DNA of 32,000 nucleotides from Blochmannia endosymbiont of Camponotus modoc (GTDB lineage Bacteria; Pseudomonadota; Gammaproteobacteria; Enterobacterales; Enterobacteriaceae). Shown piece after piece: positions 1 through 10,632 of this stretch. Numbering within the stretch: the stretch's first letter is position 1; every line of letters starts with the position of its first letter. The stretch lies in contig NZ_CP097765.1 in the NCBI RefSeq assembly GCF_023585785.1, positions 720,001 through 752,000 on the forward strand. The letters run 5' to 3'. The notes below the pieces were generated by a model. It was given only the letters and a program-made list of their open reading frames with translations, ran no database searches and had not been told where the DNA came from. The translations under genes were made by a program, and so were the position numbers.

Positions 1-1108
1 CAAAATTATCTATCCCAACTTGCAAAATTGGAATAATATTATGCTTATTTAAAGAATGAAATAAATCTAGCCATGATCCATATTTTAAAAATTTACTGCT
101 GAAAGTTGCAAATGGGCCAAACAACAAAATCTTCTCACCATTCAATATTCTAGTATCTATATGAGGTACTGACATTGGAGGCGTGTTAACAGATGCTTTT
201 CCATACACTTTAGCTAAATGTTGTGCAACTATCTTCGGATTTTTTGTGACTAAAAACTGACCTCCTACCGGAAATCCAGCGTATCCACAAACTTCTGGAA
301 CTCCAGAACTTTGCAAAAGACTAAGAGATCTTCCTCCGGCTCCTATAAAAACATAATTTGTACGAATACATTTTTTGTGGTTACACCGTCGATCAATTAC
401 ATGTACATCCCAAGTTGCATCGTTATTATTCTGTACAGATCTAACATCATGCTGTAAATACATTTTAAAATTTACATTTTTTTTCAATTCATTCAATAAT
501 TGTTGAGTAAGTGCTCCAAAATTAACATCTGTACCCATCTCCATGCGAGTAGCGGCTATTTTCTGCGATACATTACGTCCGTCAATAATAAGAGGAGCCC
601 ACTGACGAATTTGCTGTAAATCTTCCGAATATACCATACCACTAAACAAAACACTATTTAGCAATGCTTGAAAGCGTTTTTTTAAAAAACAAACGTTTTC
701 TTCTCCCCATACAAAACTCATATGCGGTACATTATTAATAAAGGAACTCGGATATTTAAGTACTTTTATTTGTACTAAATATGCCCAAAATTGCCGCGAT
801 ATTTCAAATGCTTCATTAACAGCAATAGCCTTTGAAATATCAACAGAACAATTTTTATTATTATATTGGGTATAGTTCAGCTCGCAAAATGCTGCATGTC
901 CTGTACCAGCGTTATTCCATACATTAGAGCTTTCCTGTGCTGGCTGATTAAGACGCTCATATATATGAATTCTCCAAGTTGGCTCAAGAATTGTTAAGAA
1001 CATACCAAAAGTTGCGCTCATAATCCCAGCTCCGATTAGCACCACGTCTGCTGAAGATGTAATTTTAATCAATCGATGTTGTTGATTTATAACAGCAACA
1101 TTACTCAT
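1..1108 (-). CDS. mqo: Malate:quinone oxidoreductase, N-terminal ~369 codons (3' end runs off the window)
   Basis: This ORF is absent from the ORF track because it is open at the window edge. The reverse complement from the ATG (CAT at 1106-1108) reads [81 protein letters not shown]... It carries the FAD-binding GAGIMS motif and the [12 protein letters not shown] block typical of Mqo. The frame stays open down to position 2 (...[20 protein letters not shown]). Confidence 0.85.
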   Translation of the reverse strand, partial: MSNVAVINQQHRLIKITSSADVVLIGAGIMSATFGMFLTILEPTWRIHIYERLNQPAQESSNVWNNAGTGHAAFCELNYTQYNNKNCSVDISKAIAVNEAFEISRQFWAYLVQIKVLKYPSSFINNVPHMSFVWGEENVCFLKKRFQALLNSVLFSGMVYSEDLQQIRQWAPLIIDGRNVSQKIAATRMEMGTDVNFGALTQQLLNELKKNVNFKMYLQHDVRSVQNNNDATWDVHVIDRRCNHKKCIRTNYVFIGAGGRSLSLLQSSGVPEVCGYAGFPVGGQFLVTKNPKIVAQHLAKVYGKASVNTPPMSVPHIDTRILNGEKILLFGPFATFSSKFLKYGSWLDLFHSLNKHNIIPILQVGIDNF

Positions 1109-1724
1109 ATAATTACTCAAATAATAGTATACTTAACGTATTTAGTTACCGTAATAAAAACAAAAAACTTTTAATAACATGCAATTTATACACCACACAA
1201 AAACCCTTATAATTAGGACCACATCTTAATAAAGAAATAAAAAATAAATTCCAAAAAAACAATTAAAAACAACATTAAATCATATTTTTAACGTTTAATA
1301 CAAATAACATAATTAAAATAATAATTTTATTTTAACAAAAACTTAACTGTTGACGTTTCATGGATACATAATACACTTACAACTAATACCATATCAATTA
1401 CACATAACTTTAACAAAATTCTATAATGATTAATTTTTATAAATTGTATTCTAAACTTGATTAATTACATAATTTATGATAGAACTAACACCGTTAGGTG
1501 TTAAAGAAATATAATATAACCCACATAATTATAGTCTACAGTGTGCTGTTCCTTGTTCTTCTAGAATTAGTTTGCTGGTGTTCGGGGTTTGGTTTTGGTT
1601 TGGTGTCTGTGTTTTAGTGTGCTTTAAATAAAAAAATTTCTTGGTACTGGAAGGTATGGTGATGAAATCGAATTGCCATCGTAGCAGTGTCGCTATTGTA
1701 GTTTAGGGTGTACTGATAATTGTA

Positions 1725-3194
1725 ATGTTGACTTTTGTTAAAGAGGCTTTGACTTTTGATGATGTGTTGATCGTTCCGTCTCGTTCGAGAGTACTTCCTG
1801 CGGAGACGATTTTAAAAAGTTTTTTGACTAATGCTGTTTCTTTGAACATTCCTATTGTATCATCGGCGATGGATACAGTGACTGAGGCAAGTTTAGCTAT
1901 TGCTTTAGCGCAAGAAGGCGGGGTGGGTTTTATTCATAAAAATATGTCTTTGGATCAACAGATTAATGAGGTGCGTCGGGTTAAACGTTATGAAAGTGGA
2001 ATAGTAACAAATCCTCAATGTGTTACTCCTGATACGACTTTACGGCAAGTGAAGGAGTTGACTTCTCGCAATGGATTTGCCGGCTATCCAGTTGTGATGA
2101 ACACAAATGAGTTAGTTGGAATCGTTACGAGTCGTGATGTTAGGTTTGTCAGTGATTTATCAAATTTTGTTTTTTCTGTTATGACTCCTAAAGAACGTTT
2201 GATTACAGTGTTAGAAAAGGAAAATAGAGAAGTAGTATTAAGTAAAATGCATGATAAAAGAGTAGAAAAAATTTTGTTAATTGATGCTTCATTTCGTCTT
2301 AAAGGTATGATCACCGCAAAGGATTTTGAAAAAGCAGAACGTAAACCATATGCGTGTAAAGATAATTATGGAAGATTATGTGTTGGAGCTGCTATTGGAG
2401 TAGGAAAGGATTATAAAGAGCGTGTTGAAGGATTGGTTGATGCTGGTTTAGATGTATTACTTGTTGACTCTTCTCATGGGCATTCAGAGAGAGTATTAGA
2501 TTGTATTGCAACAATTCGAAATATGTATCCTAATTTATCAATTATAGGGGGCAATGTTGTTACGAAAGAAGGTGCATTAGGATTAGTCAAATCTGGTGCT
2601 AACGCAGTGAAAGTTGGTATTGGACCTGGTTCTATTTGTACAACTCGTATTGTTACTGGTGTAGGGATTCCGCAAATTACAGCTATTTCTGATGTGGCAG
2701 AGGCCTTAAAAAATACGAATGTCCCGGTTATTGCAGATGGTGGTATTCGGTTTTCTGGTGACATTGCTAAAGCGATAGCGGCTGGCGCACATTGTGTAAT
2801 GGTTGGTTCGTTGCTAGCAGGTACAGAGGAATCTCCAGGAGATATAGAATTTTATCAGGGTAGATCTTTTAAGACTTATAGAGGTATGGGTTCTTTAGGG
2901 GCTATGTCTCAAGGCTCTGCTGACAGATATTTTCAACAACAGGATCCTGTTATTACTCATAAACTGGTTCCGGAAGGGATAGAAGGACGTGTTCCTTACA
3001 AAGGAAAATTAGAGACGATTATACATCAATTGATGGGGGGCTTGCGTTCTTGTATGGGTTTGACGGGCTGCGTTACTATTAATGATTTGAGAACGCAAGC
3101 TAGGTTTGTGCGCGTCAGCTATTCGGGCATGCAGGAAAGTCATGTGCACGATGTGATAATAACAAAGGAATCGCCTAATTATCGTTTACGATGA
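1725..3194 (+). CDS. guaB: IMP dehydrogenase
   Basis: The 489-aa ORF begins [21 protein letters not shown] and contains [35 protein letters not shown] and the catalytic loop [11 protein letters not shown]. It is essentially collinear with E. coli GuaB (488 aa). Confidence 0.97.
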   Translation: MLTFVKEALTFDDVLIVPSRSRVLPAETILKSFLTNAVSLNIPIVSSAMDTVTEASLAIALAQEGGVGFIHKNMSLDQQINEVRRVKRYESGIVTNPQCVTPDTTLRQVKELTSRNGFAGYPVVMNTNELVGIVTSRDVRFVSDLSNFVFSVMTPKERLITVLEKENREVVLSKMHDKRVEKILLIDASFRLKGMITAKDFEKAERKPYACKDNYGRLCVGAAIGVGKDYKERVEGLVDAGLDVLLVDSSHGHSERVLDCIATIRNMYPNLSIIGGNVVTKEGALGLVKSGANAVKVGIGPGSICTTRIVTGVGIPQITAISDVAEALKNTNVPVIADGGIRFSGDIAKAIAAGAHCVMVGSLLAGTEESPGDIEFYQGRSFKTYRGMGSLGAMSQGSADRYFQQQDPVITHKLVPEGIEGRVPYKGKLETIIHQLMGGLRSCMGLTGCVTINDLRTQARFVRVSYSGMQESHVHDVIITKESPNYRLR

Positions 3195-3334
3195 TTATTA
3201 TAGTCAGTTAAGTTTAAGTGTGTATGAATGCATTATTTTTGCAGTTTGTGCGGTGTGGTGCAATGAACGTTGTTGATCATTAATGTGTCGTTGATCAATG
3301 ATAGATTAATATAAATAATAGAATAATCTATAAT

Positions 3335-4912
3335 GTGAAATGTAACAATTATCGTATTTTAGTGATAGATTTTGGATCTCAATACACTCAGTTGTTGTTG
3401 AGAAGAATTCGTGAATTAGGAGTATACTCTGAATCTTGTTCTTGGAACATCAGTGAATCTCAAGTATATGCATTTAATCCTAATGGTATTATTCTTTCTG
3501 GAGGTCCTCATAGTGTTATCGATAGTTATTCTCCGTATATTCCTGAATTTGTGTTTCAATTAGGTGTGCCGATATTTGGAATTTGTTATGGTATGCAAAT
3601 TATGTCGTTTCAATTAGGTGGACGAGTAGAACGTGTTATTGCGCAGCGTGAATTTGGTTGTACTCAAGTAACAATTCTTTCTAAAAGCGTTCTTATAAAT
3701 GATATCTATGATTATGTTGATGGCGTTACGGGGCGTTTTGCTCTTGATGTATGGATGAGTCACGGGGATGTTGTTACTACTGTTCCCAAAGATTTTACGG
3801 TTATTGGTATTAATAAGCATCAACAAGTTGCTATGATGGCTAATGAAAATCGTCATTTATATGGTGTTCAATTTCACCCGGAAGTTACTCATACTAAAAA
3901 AGGAAAAAGTATTTTAGAACGTTTTATTACGTGTATTTGTCGCTGTAAATCTTCTTGGAAAATAGCGAATATTATTGATGATATTGTTATGGATACTCGT
4001 GTAAAAGTAGGTAATGATAAAGTAGTTCTTGGGTTTTCAGGTGGCATTGATTCCCTTGTTACAGCTTTATTATTACGACGCGCAATTGGTCATCAGTTTA
4101 TCTGTATTTATATTGATAATGGGTTATTATCAAATTATGAATTTGATCGAATTAAAAATTTTTGTGCTCTAAATTGTAATTTAGATATTATTTATCTGTC
4201 GAAAGAACAACGATTTTTCAATGCTTTGATTGGAGTTAACGATCCAGAGAAAAAAAGAAAAATAATTGGTAGAGTTTTTACAGAAGTTTTTGAAGAGCAA
4301 ATTCGCAATTTAGTAGCTGTAAAATGGTTGGCTCAGGGTACTATATATTCAGATGTTATTGAATCTGGTGTATCTTTATCTTCTTTTAAAAATGTGATTA
4401 AATCGCATCATAATGTAGGTGGTTTTTGTGGAATTACGAATATTCAATTACTAGAGCCGATAAGAAATTTATTTAAAGATGAAGTTCGCAGTATTGGATT
4501 GGATTTAGGGATACCTTACGATATAGCTTATCGTCATCCATTTCCAGGACCTGGATTAGCTATTAGAATATTAGGTGAAGTAAAAAAAGAATATTGTGAT
4601 ATTTTACGTAGAGTAGATTTGATTTTTATCGAAGAACTTAAGCGTGAACATTTATATTCTAAAATTAGTCAGGCCTTCGCAGTATTTTTACCGACGCATT
4701 CAGTAGGAATACAGGGTGATCAGCGTAAGTATAAGTGGGTAATTGCTCTTCGTGCAGTGGAAACTATAGATTTTATGACAGCGCATTGGGCTTATTTATC
4801 TTATGATTTTTTAAACAAGGTATCTAATCGTATCGTCAATGAAGTTGAGGAAGTATCTCGTGTGGTGTATGATATTTCCTCAAAACCTCCGGCTACTATT
4901 GAATGGGAATAA
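3335..4912 (+). CDS. guaA: GMP synthase (glutamine-hydrolysing)
   Basis: The ORF is 525 aa, the same length as E. coli GuaA. It has the GATase motifs GICYGMQ and FHPEVTHT and the ATP-pyrophosphatase loop FSGGIDS. The only in-frame start upstream of the conserved [14 protein letters not shown] block is the GTG at 3335. Confidence 0.95.
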   Translation: MKCNNYRILVIDFGSQYTQLLLRRIRELGVYSESCSWNISESQVYAFNPNGIILSGGPHSVIDSYSPYIPEFVFQLGVPIFGICYGMQIMSFQLGGRVERVIAQREFGCTQVTILSKSVLINDIYDYVDGVTGRFALDVWMSHGDVVTTVPKDFTVIGINKHQQVAMMANENRHLYGVQFHPEVTHTKKGKSILERFITCICRCKSSWKIANIIDDIVMDTRVKVGNDKVVLGFSGGIDSLVTALLLRRAIGHQFICIYIDNGLLSNYEFDRIKNFCALNCNLDIIYLSKEQRFFNALIGVNDPEKKRKIIGRVFTEVFEEQIRNLVAVKWLAQGTIYSDVIESGVSLSSFKNVIKSHHNVGGFCGITNIQLLEPIRNLFKDEVRSIGLDLGIPYDIAYRHPFPGPGLAIRILGEVKKEYCDILRRVDLIFIEELKREHLYSKISQAFAVFLPTHSVGIQGDQRKYKWVIALRAVETIDFMTAHWAYLSYDFLNKVSNRIVNEVEEVSRVVYDISSKPPATIEWE

Positions 4913-5310
4913 ATGTATTGTATAATATTAATATATTATAGGTTGAATATTTTTGTGTGCTTTTATTGTTTTATGTGACGATAATTTAGATATGTGTTTC
5001 CATAGTGGGAGTACTATAATTTACTTACTAAATGTGTATCAATAGTAAAAAATTTATAATAAGACAGGAAGAGTATGTGATGAATGCTGTAAAATTAAAT
5101 AAGTATGTATGTCATGAGGATTTGTATTTATGTGGATTATTCTGTATTTCTTGCAGAGGTGTTTTCTCTACTTAAAAATAAATAAATATATATATGCATG
5201 ATAATTATTTCATAGTGTTTAATAAAAGTTAATGTAGTTATTATTGTTTTAATAATTTTTTTAATGGATTTATTGTTTTAATTTTTGAAAATATTTTATT
5301 TTTCATTTGA

Positions 5311-6147
5311 ATGAGTGACGAATTATCTCGGAAGTTGATTGACGGTTGGCTAGCGGAGCTAAGATTAAATTTTGCTTTACGTGGTGGACGTAGTGTGTTG
5401 ACTAAATGCAGGCATGTTGGTCCATTTTACGTGAAAAAGGTTTTTTACTCGGAAAATGATGACATTCCACATGTATATTTGTTACATCCTCCTGGTGGGT
5501 TAGTGGGAGGGGACAAATTGGTACTGGATGTTAAATTGGAGTCAGATAGCCGGGTATTATTAACGACCCCTGGTGCTGCTAAATTTTATCGTAGTAACGG
5601 TATGTATGCAGAACAGAAACATACGTTTAGGTTAGCACGTAATACTGCTTTAGAATGGGTTCCTCAAAGCAGTATTTTTTTTCCTAAATCTAAAGCAAAA
5701 ATAGATACTACTTTTATTATAGAACAAGGATCTAGAATTATATCATTTGATATGTTATGTTTTAGAAATTTATCATTAGGAACTTCTATTTATCCAGAGG
5801 AAGTAGATATCCATTTGAATATTTGTTTATCTGATTCGATTGGATTACAGGAACGTTTGCGGATTAATGAATCAAATTGTGTTATGAAGTTAGGCGGATT
5901 CCGAATAAGTGCTTTACTTTTTGCTGTTCCATCGGATGAAAAAATATTATATGAGGTACGTAAATTAATAACATCAGTTAAACATTTTCAAGTTGGAGGC
6001 GCTACATTGTTAGATGAGATTCTTGTAGTACGATTATTAGGTAATGATAATCAGTATTTAAAAAAAATGCTTCATCATATTTGGTATGTTATACGTCCTT
6101 TTATAATGGGGAGAAAAGCTATGCTACCTCGTATTTGGCTGACATAA
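5311..6147 (+). CDS. ureD: Urease accessory protein UreD
   Basis: The 278-aa ORF carries the UreD/UreH hallmark LLHPPGGLVGGD. It is the first gene of a tightly packed ure cluster. Confidence 0.9.
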   Translation: MSDELSRKLIDGWLAELRLNFALRGGRSVLTKCRHVGPFYVKKVFYSENDDIPHVYLLHPPGGLVGGDKLVLDVKLESDSRVLLTTPGAAKFYRSNGMYAEQKHTFRLARNTALEWVPQSSIFFPKSKAKIDTTFIIEQGSRIISFDMLCFRNLSLGTSIYPEEVDIHLNICLSDSIGLQERLRINESNCVMKLGGFRISALLFAVPSDEKILYEVRKLITSVKHFQVGGATLLDEILVVRLLGNDNQYLKKMLHHIWYVIRPFIMGRKAMLPRIWLT

Positions 6148-6161
6148 GCTAAGGAAGATCT

Positions 6162-6464
6162 ATGAAGTTATTACCTCGTGAAAAAGATAAATTATTGTTA
6201 TTTACGGCAGCATTGTTAGCAGAAAAGCGTCGAAATCGCGGGTTAAAATTAAATTATCCAGAAGCGATAGCATTAATTAGCTCTGTAATTTTGGAGGGTG
6301 CTCGTGAAGGGAAAAGTGTTGCAGAATTGATGGATATAGGTAAAAACGTATTGACTAGAGATGATGTTATGATAGGAGTGCCTGAAATGATTACTAATGT
6401 ACAAGTGGAAGCTACTTTTAGTGATGGAACCAAATTAGTAACAGTACATGATCCAATAATTTAA
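6162..6464 (+). CDS. ureA: Urease gamma subunit
   Basis: The 100-aa ORF begins [40 protein letters not shown], typical of UreA. AAGGAAG lies 4 nt upstream of the ATG. Its stop overlaps the ureB start (TAATG). Confidence 0.95.
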   Translation: MKLLPREKDKLLLFTAALLAEKRRNRGLKLNYPEAIALISSVILEGAREGKSVAELMDIGKNVLTRDDVMIGVPEMITNVQVEATFSDGTKLVTVHDPII

Positions 6465-6796
6465 TGAATGAAGATACCAATAATATTATGATACCAGGTG
6501 AATTCTACATTTCTCATGGAAATATAGAATTGAATGTTGGAAGACAAAAAGTGTTAGTAACCGTTGTAAATACTGGAGATAGACCCATACAGATTGGTTC
6601 TCATTTTCATTTTTATGAGGTTAATAGTGCTTTAAAATTTAATCGAGTTATCGCTCGTGGGTTTCGCTTAAATATTCCATCAGGAACAGCAATACGTTTT
6701 GAACCAGGACAGTTTAGGACCGTGGAACTTGTAAGATATGCAGGTGCATGTAAAATTTATGGGTTTTGTAAAGCCATTATGGGAAAGTTAGATTAG
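6464..6796 (+). CDS. ureB: Urease beta subunit
   Basis: The 110-aa ORF contains IPGE...[17 protein letters not shown]...RFEPG, typical of UreB. It is translationally coupled to ureA. Confidence 0.95.
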   Translation: MNEDTNNIMIPGEFYISHGNIELNVGRQKVLVTVVNTGDRPIQIGSHFHFYEVNSALKFNRVIARGFRLNIPSGTAIRFEPGQFRTVELVRYAGACKIYGFCKAIMGKLD

Positions 6797-6798
6797 TT

Positions 6799-8502
6799 AT
6801 GTTATTATCTAAACATAATTATGTCTCTCTATTTGGACCAACTATTGGTGATTCTGTGCGATTAGCAGATACTGAATTGTGGATAAGAATAGAAAAAGAT
6901 TTTACTGTGTATGGGGAAGAAGTAAAATTTGGGGGAGGCAAAGTTATACGAGATGGTATGGGTCAAGGCCAAATGAGTAGTAAAGATTGTGTTGATTTAG
7001 TATTGACTAATGCAATAATTATTGATTATTGGGGAATAATAAAAGCAGATATTGGTATCAATAATGGGCGTATATCAGGTATTGGAAAAGCAGGAAATCC
7101 GGATGTACAGCCAGATGTGACAATATTTATTGGCCCTGGAACAGAGATAATAGCAGCGGAAGGTAAAATTGTTACAGCTGGAGGAATTGACGCTCATGTT
7201 CATTTTATTTGTCCTCAGCAAGTAGAAGAAGCACTGAGTTCTGGAATTACTACATTTATCGGAGGTGGCACTGGACCAGCAACAGGAAGTAATGCAACTA
7301 CCTGTACTCCAGGTCCTTGGTTTATATCTCGTATGCTACAAGTAGCAGACACCTTGCCTATTAATATTGGGGTTACCGGTAAAGGTAGTGCTTCTTTCCC
7401 TGATGCTTTAGAAGAACAAATAATCGCAGGGGCGATTGGTTTAAAGGTGCATGAAGATTGGGGTGCAACTCCTGCTGCTATCGATTGTTGTTTGAATGTG
7501 GCTGATCGTTTTGATATTCAGGTTTCTATTCATACTGATACTTTAAATGAATCAGGATTTGTTGAAGATACCTTATCTGCTATCAAAGGCAGAACAGTGC
7601 ATGCTTATCATACTGAGGGCGCAGGCGGAGGACATTCTCCAGATATTATACGCATGTGTGGATTTACCAATGTGTTACCATCATCTACTAATCCTACTAT
7701 GCCTTATACTGTTAATACAATAGATGAGCATTTAGATATGATGATGGTTTGTCATAATCTGAATCCTAATCTTCCTGAAGATATGGCATTTTCAGAGTCT
7801 AGAATTCGGAGGGAGACAATTGCAGCTGAAGATGTACTACATGATCTTGGAGCTTTATCTATGATTTCTTCTGATTCTCAAGCTATGGGACGAGTTGGAG
7901 AAGTGATTTTACGTACTTGGCAGACAGCGCATAAGATGAAACTACAGAGAGGTTCATTATTAGGTGATGCTACTAGATATGATGATAATGTTCGCGTAAA
8001 ACGGTATGTTGCTAAATATACAATTAATCCGGCGATAACTCATGGAATTTCTCATGAAGTTGGTTCTGTTGAAATAGGAAAATTGGCAGATTTAGTATTA
8101 TGGTCTCCTGTTTTTTTTGGAGTTAAGCCAGAGTTAATAATTAAAGGCGGTATGATTATCTCTTCTGCTATGGGAGATCCTAATGCTTCTATACCGACTC
8201 CTCAACCAGTACATTATCGATTAATGTTTGGAGCACTTGGTAAAGCAAAACATGCTACACGTATGACTTTTGTATCTCAAGTTGCTTATAATTCAGAGTT
8301 AACAGATTATTTAAAGTTGGTTAGTTTGATTGGTGAGGTTCGTCATTGCAGAGATATTCAAAAAAAGAATATGATTAATAATTCTTGGCAACCAATTATT
8401 GAAGTAGATTCTCAGACTTACCAAGTACGTGCTAATGGAGAATTATTAACTTGTGAGCCCGCATCTGTATTACCAATGTCACAACGTTATTTTCTGTTTT
8501 AA
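6799..8502 (+). CDS. ureC: Urease alpha (catalytic) subunit
   Basis: The 567-aa ORF has intact active-site blocks: [13 protein letters not shown], the carbamylated-Lys context [31 protein letters not shown] and [12 protein letters not shown]. Confidence 0.97.
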   Translation: MLLSKHNYVSLFGPTIGDSVRLADTELWIRIEKDFTVYGEEVKFGGGKVIRDGMGQGQMSSKDCVDLVLTNAIIIDYWGIIKADIGINNGRISGIGKAGNPDVQPDVTIFIGPGTEIIAAEGKIVTAGGIDAHVHFICPQQVEEALSSGITTFIGGGTGPATGSNATTCTPGPWFISRMLQVADTLPINIGVTGKGSASFPDALEEQIIAGAIGLKVHEDWGATPAAIDCCLNVADRFDIQVSIHTDTLNESGFVEDTLSAIKGRTVHAYHTEGAGGGHSPDIIRMCGFTNVLPSSTNPTMPYTVNTIDEHLDMMMVCHNLNPNLPEDMAFSESRIRRETIAAEDVLHDLGALSMISSDSQAMGRVGEVILRTWQTAHKMKLQRGSLLGDATRYDDNVRVKRYVAKYTINPAITHGISHEVGSVEIGKLADLVLWSPVFFGVKPELIIKGGMIISSAMGDPNASIPTPQPVHYRLMFGALGKAKHATRMTFVSQVAYNSELTDYLKLVSLIGEVRHCRDIQKKNMINNSWQPIIEVDSQTYQVRANGELLTCEPASVLPMSQRYFLF

Positions 8503-8966
8503 TATGAAATATAATCACATGTGATATATATATGATGTGGATATTGTTTTTTATTAAATGCTTTGAATAATTTTTTGGTATTGGGATAATAACAGAAATT
8601 ATTAGTGTTATAATATTCGGTGGTAATGAAGAATTGTATATGTGATTTGTAATGTTTAGTGATCTTTAATGATATTGTATGGAGATAACTGGAAATCCAA
8701 ATAAATATATTATAAGGATGGATGTTTATGATATAGGTAGAGTTTAATGTTATATTTACACTTATATATTCTTATTAATAAGATTTACAATATAATGTAT
8801 CGTGGTATGTATTAAGTATATTTAAACAAAATTGCTGATATACTAAAATAAATATTCTTGCGAATAAAGAAACAGAGTTTTTTGTGATTGTTATTTCTGT
8901 AATAATTCGAGACTACAATGATATTTATATTAGTAATTTATACATATTATGTAGATTATTATAATT

Positions 8967-9653
8967 ATGTGTGCTGATCACGGTATTAGTTCAGTCTTGT
9001 CTTTGATGCAATTGGTTAGTTCTAACTTTCCTGTGGGAGGTTTTTCTTATTCACAAGGTTTAGAGTGGGCGGTAGAATGTAATTGGGTTAATTCTGTAGA
9101 AACTTTTTATTCTTGGCAACAACAATGGATTGATGGGCCATTAATTTATTTAGAGTGGCCGATGCTTAAGCGTTGCTACTATTATACTCAAATTAAAGAT
9201 GAAATGAGTTTTTTTCAATGTGCATTAAGGATATTGTCTTATCGCGATACTCATGAGCTTAGATTAGAAGAACAACAACGCGGAAAAGCGTTGTCGAGAA
9301 TCATATTGCAATGGTATCCATTTACGGATGGTGGGACTTGGTTATCGGCTTTAGAACATAGTGGCTTAGCATCTATAGCATGGTTAGGGTATATGTGGGA
9401 TATTTCTTTAGAAAATTTAGCGTTAGGGTATGCCTATAATATGTTGGAATCTGCTACAATGACGGGACTGAAATTAGTGCCTTTTGGGCAAATAACTGCT
9501 CAGAAATTATTAAGATCTTTGGTGGAGCGCCTTCCGAATGATTGGAAGAAATCTGATATGATAACAGATCATGAATTGGGCAATGGCTTTCCGTTGCAAT
9601 CCATAGCATCCTCCTGTCATGAGACACAATATTCACGATTATTTCGTTCCTAA
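8967..9653 (+). CDS. ureF: Urease accessory protein UreF
   Basis: The 228-aa ORF contains LMQLVSSNFPVGGFSYSQGLEWAVE and ends ...HETQYSRLFRS. Both blocks match the UreF sequences I recall from Klebsiella. Confidence 0.92.
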   Translation: MCADHGISSVLSLMQLVSSNFPVGGFSYSQGLEWAVECNWVNSVETFYSWQQQWIDGPLIYLEWPMLKRCYYYTQIKDEMSFFQCALRILSYRDTHELRLEEQQRGKALSRIILQWYPFTDGGTWLSALEHSGLASIAWLGYMWDISLENLALGYAYNMLESATMTGLKLVPFGQITAQKLLRSLVERLPNDWKKSDMITDHELGNGFPLQSIASSCHETQYSRLFRS

Positions 9654-9698
9654 AAGTATTTTATTTTTAATAAAATATACGTATTTAGAATATATTAT

Positions 9699-10358
9699 GT
9701 GGATAATCAATTTTTAATTGAGGGAAAATGCATTTTGTTATTAAATCAATATAAACAACCATTTCGTATAGGTGTAGGCGGTCCTGTAGGATCAGGTAAA
9801 ACCGCATTACTTGAAGTGTTATGTAAAAGAATGAAGGATAGCTATCAATTAGCGGTAGTAACCAATGATATTTATACTAAAGAAGATCAACGTATTTTGA
9901 TAGATGCAAATGCTTTGTCGGCTGACCGTATTGTTGGAGTAGAAACTGGAGGATGTCCACATACTGCTATTCGTGAAGATGCTTCTATGAATTTATTAGC
10001 TGTAGAAGAATTAATATCAAAATTTAATAATTTGGATATTATTTTTATTGAAAGTGGTGGAGATAATTTGAGTGCTACTTTTAGTCCAGAATTGTCAGAT
10101 TTAAATCTATATGTTATTGATGTAGCTGCAGGTGATAAAATACCGCGAAAAGGTGGACCAGGTATTACACGTTCTGATTTTTTAATAATTAACAAAATTG
10201 ATTTAGCTGAATATGTGGGAGCATCGTTAGAAATAATGAATCGTGATACAAATATTATGCGTAAAGGTTTACCGTGGTCTTTTACTAATTTAAAAACAGG
10301 TTATGGTGTACAATCTGTTGTTGATTTTATTTTGACACAACGATTATCTTTTCGGTAG
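9699..10358 (+). CDS. ureG: Urease accessory GTPase UreG
   Basis: The 219-aa ORF has the P-loop [13 protein letters not shown], the metal-binding [13 protein letters not shown], and [15 protein letters not shown] and NKIDL. The ORF-track start at 9699 is GTG. The conserved core starts about 18 codons later, so the true start may be an internal TTG near [14 protein letters not shown]. It has no His-rich N-terminal tract. Confidence 0.93.
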   Translation: MDNQFLIEGKCILLLNQYKQPFRIGVGGPVGSGKTALLEVLCKRMKDSYQLAVVTNDIYTKEDQRILIDANALSADRIVGVETGGCPHTAIREDASMNLLAVEELISKFNNLDIIFIESGGDNLSATFSPELSDLNLYVIDVAAGDKIPRKGGPGITRSDFLIINKIDLAEYVGASLEIMNRDTNIMRKGLPWSFTNLKTGYGVQSVVDFILTQRLSFR

Positions 10359-10465
10359 AACAATATAGTTCATTGAAATTTTTTCGTAATAATGATTTTT
10401 TTATGAAAAATAAATGCATGAATTTTTTAAAAATTATATAGATATATATGTTAATTATGTATTTG

Positions 10466-10488
10466 AAGTAGATGTTTCACATCTACTT
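10466..10488 (+). terminator. Candidate rho-independent terminator downstream of ureG
   Basis: A perfect 10-bp stem pairs AAGTAGATGT (10466-10475) with ACATCTACTT (10479-10488) around a 3-nt loop. It is followed by ATATTTGTGTTTTGTCGTTTTG and lies about 108 nt after the ureG stop. Confidence 0.45.
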
Positions 10489-10632
10489 ATATTTGTGTTT
10501 TGTCGTTTTGACGGTCGCTTGATATCAGAACGAGAAATATAAAAATTATTTAATTAAATATTAACTTAATGGACGCGGCGTTTCCGTATGTAACATTCTA
10601 GAGCGGTAGTACTATCATAGATAGATTATTGT

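Noticed and set aside
2084-2764. Minus-strand ORFs of 76 aa (2084-2314) and 96 aa (2474-2764) inside guaB. The same situation applies to 3614-3856 in guaA, 13792-14031 in dapA, 24559-24753 in ptsI, 28579-28782 in ligA and 31724-31924 in gltX.
   Set aside because: All are antisense shadow frames nested in conserved genes.
8503-8966. An attempt to call a ureE pseudogene from translated frames. One example is IGIITEIISVIIFGGNEELYM, which has a G-N reminiscent of the UreE GNRH motif.
   Set aside because: The match is 2 residues and sits at the wrong distance from the ureC stop. There is no supportable similarity, so it is reported only as a positional gap and not as a pseudogene feature.
9887-10195. 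A 102-aa minus-strand ORF inside ureG, and the similar 60-aa ORF at 9454-9636 inside ureF.
   Set aside because: Both are antisense to conserved ure genes and have no independent support.
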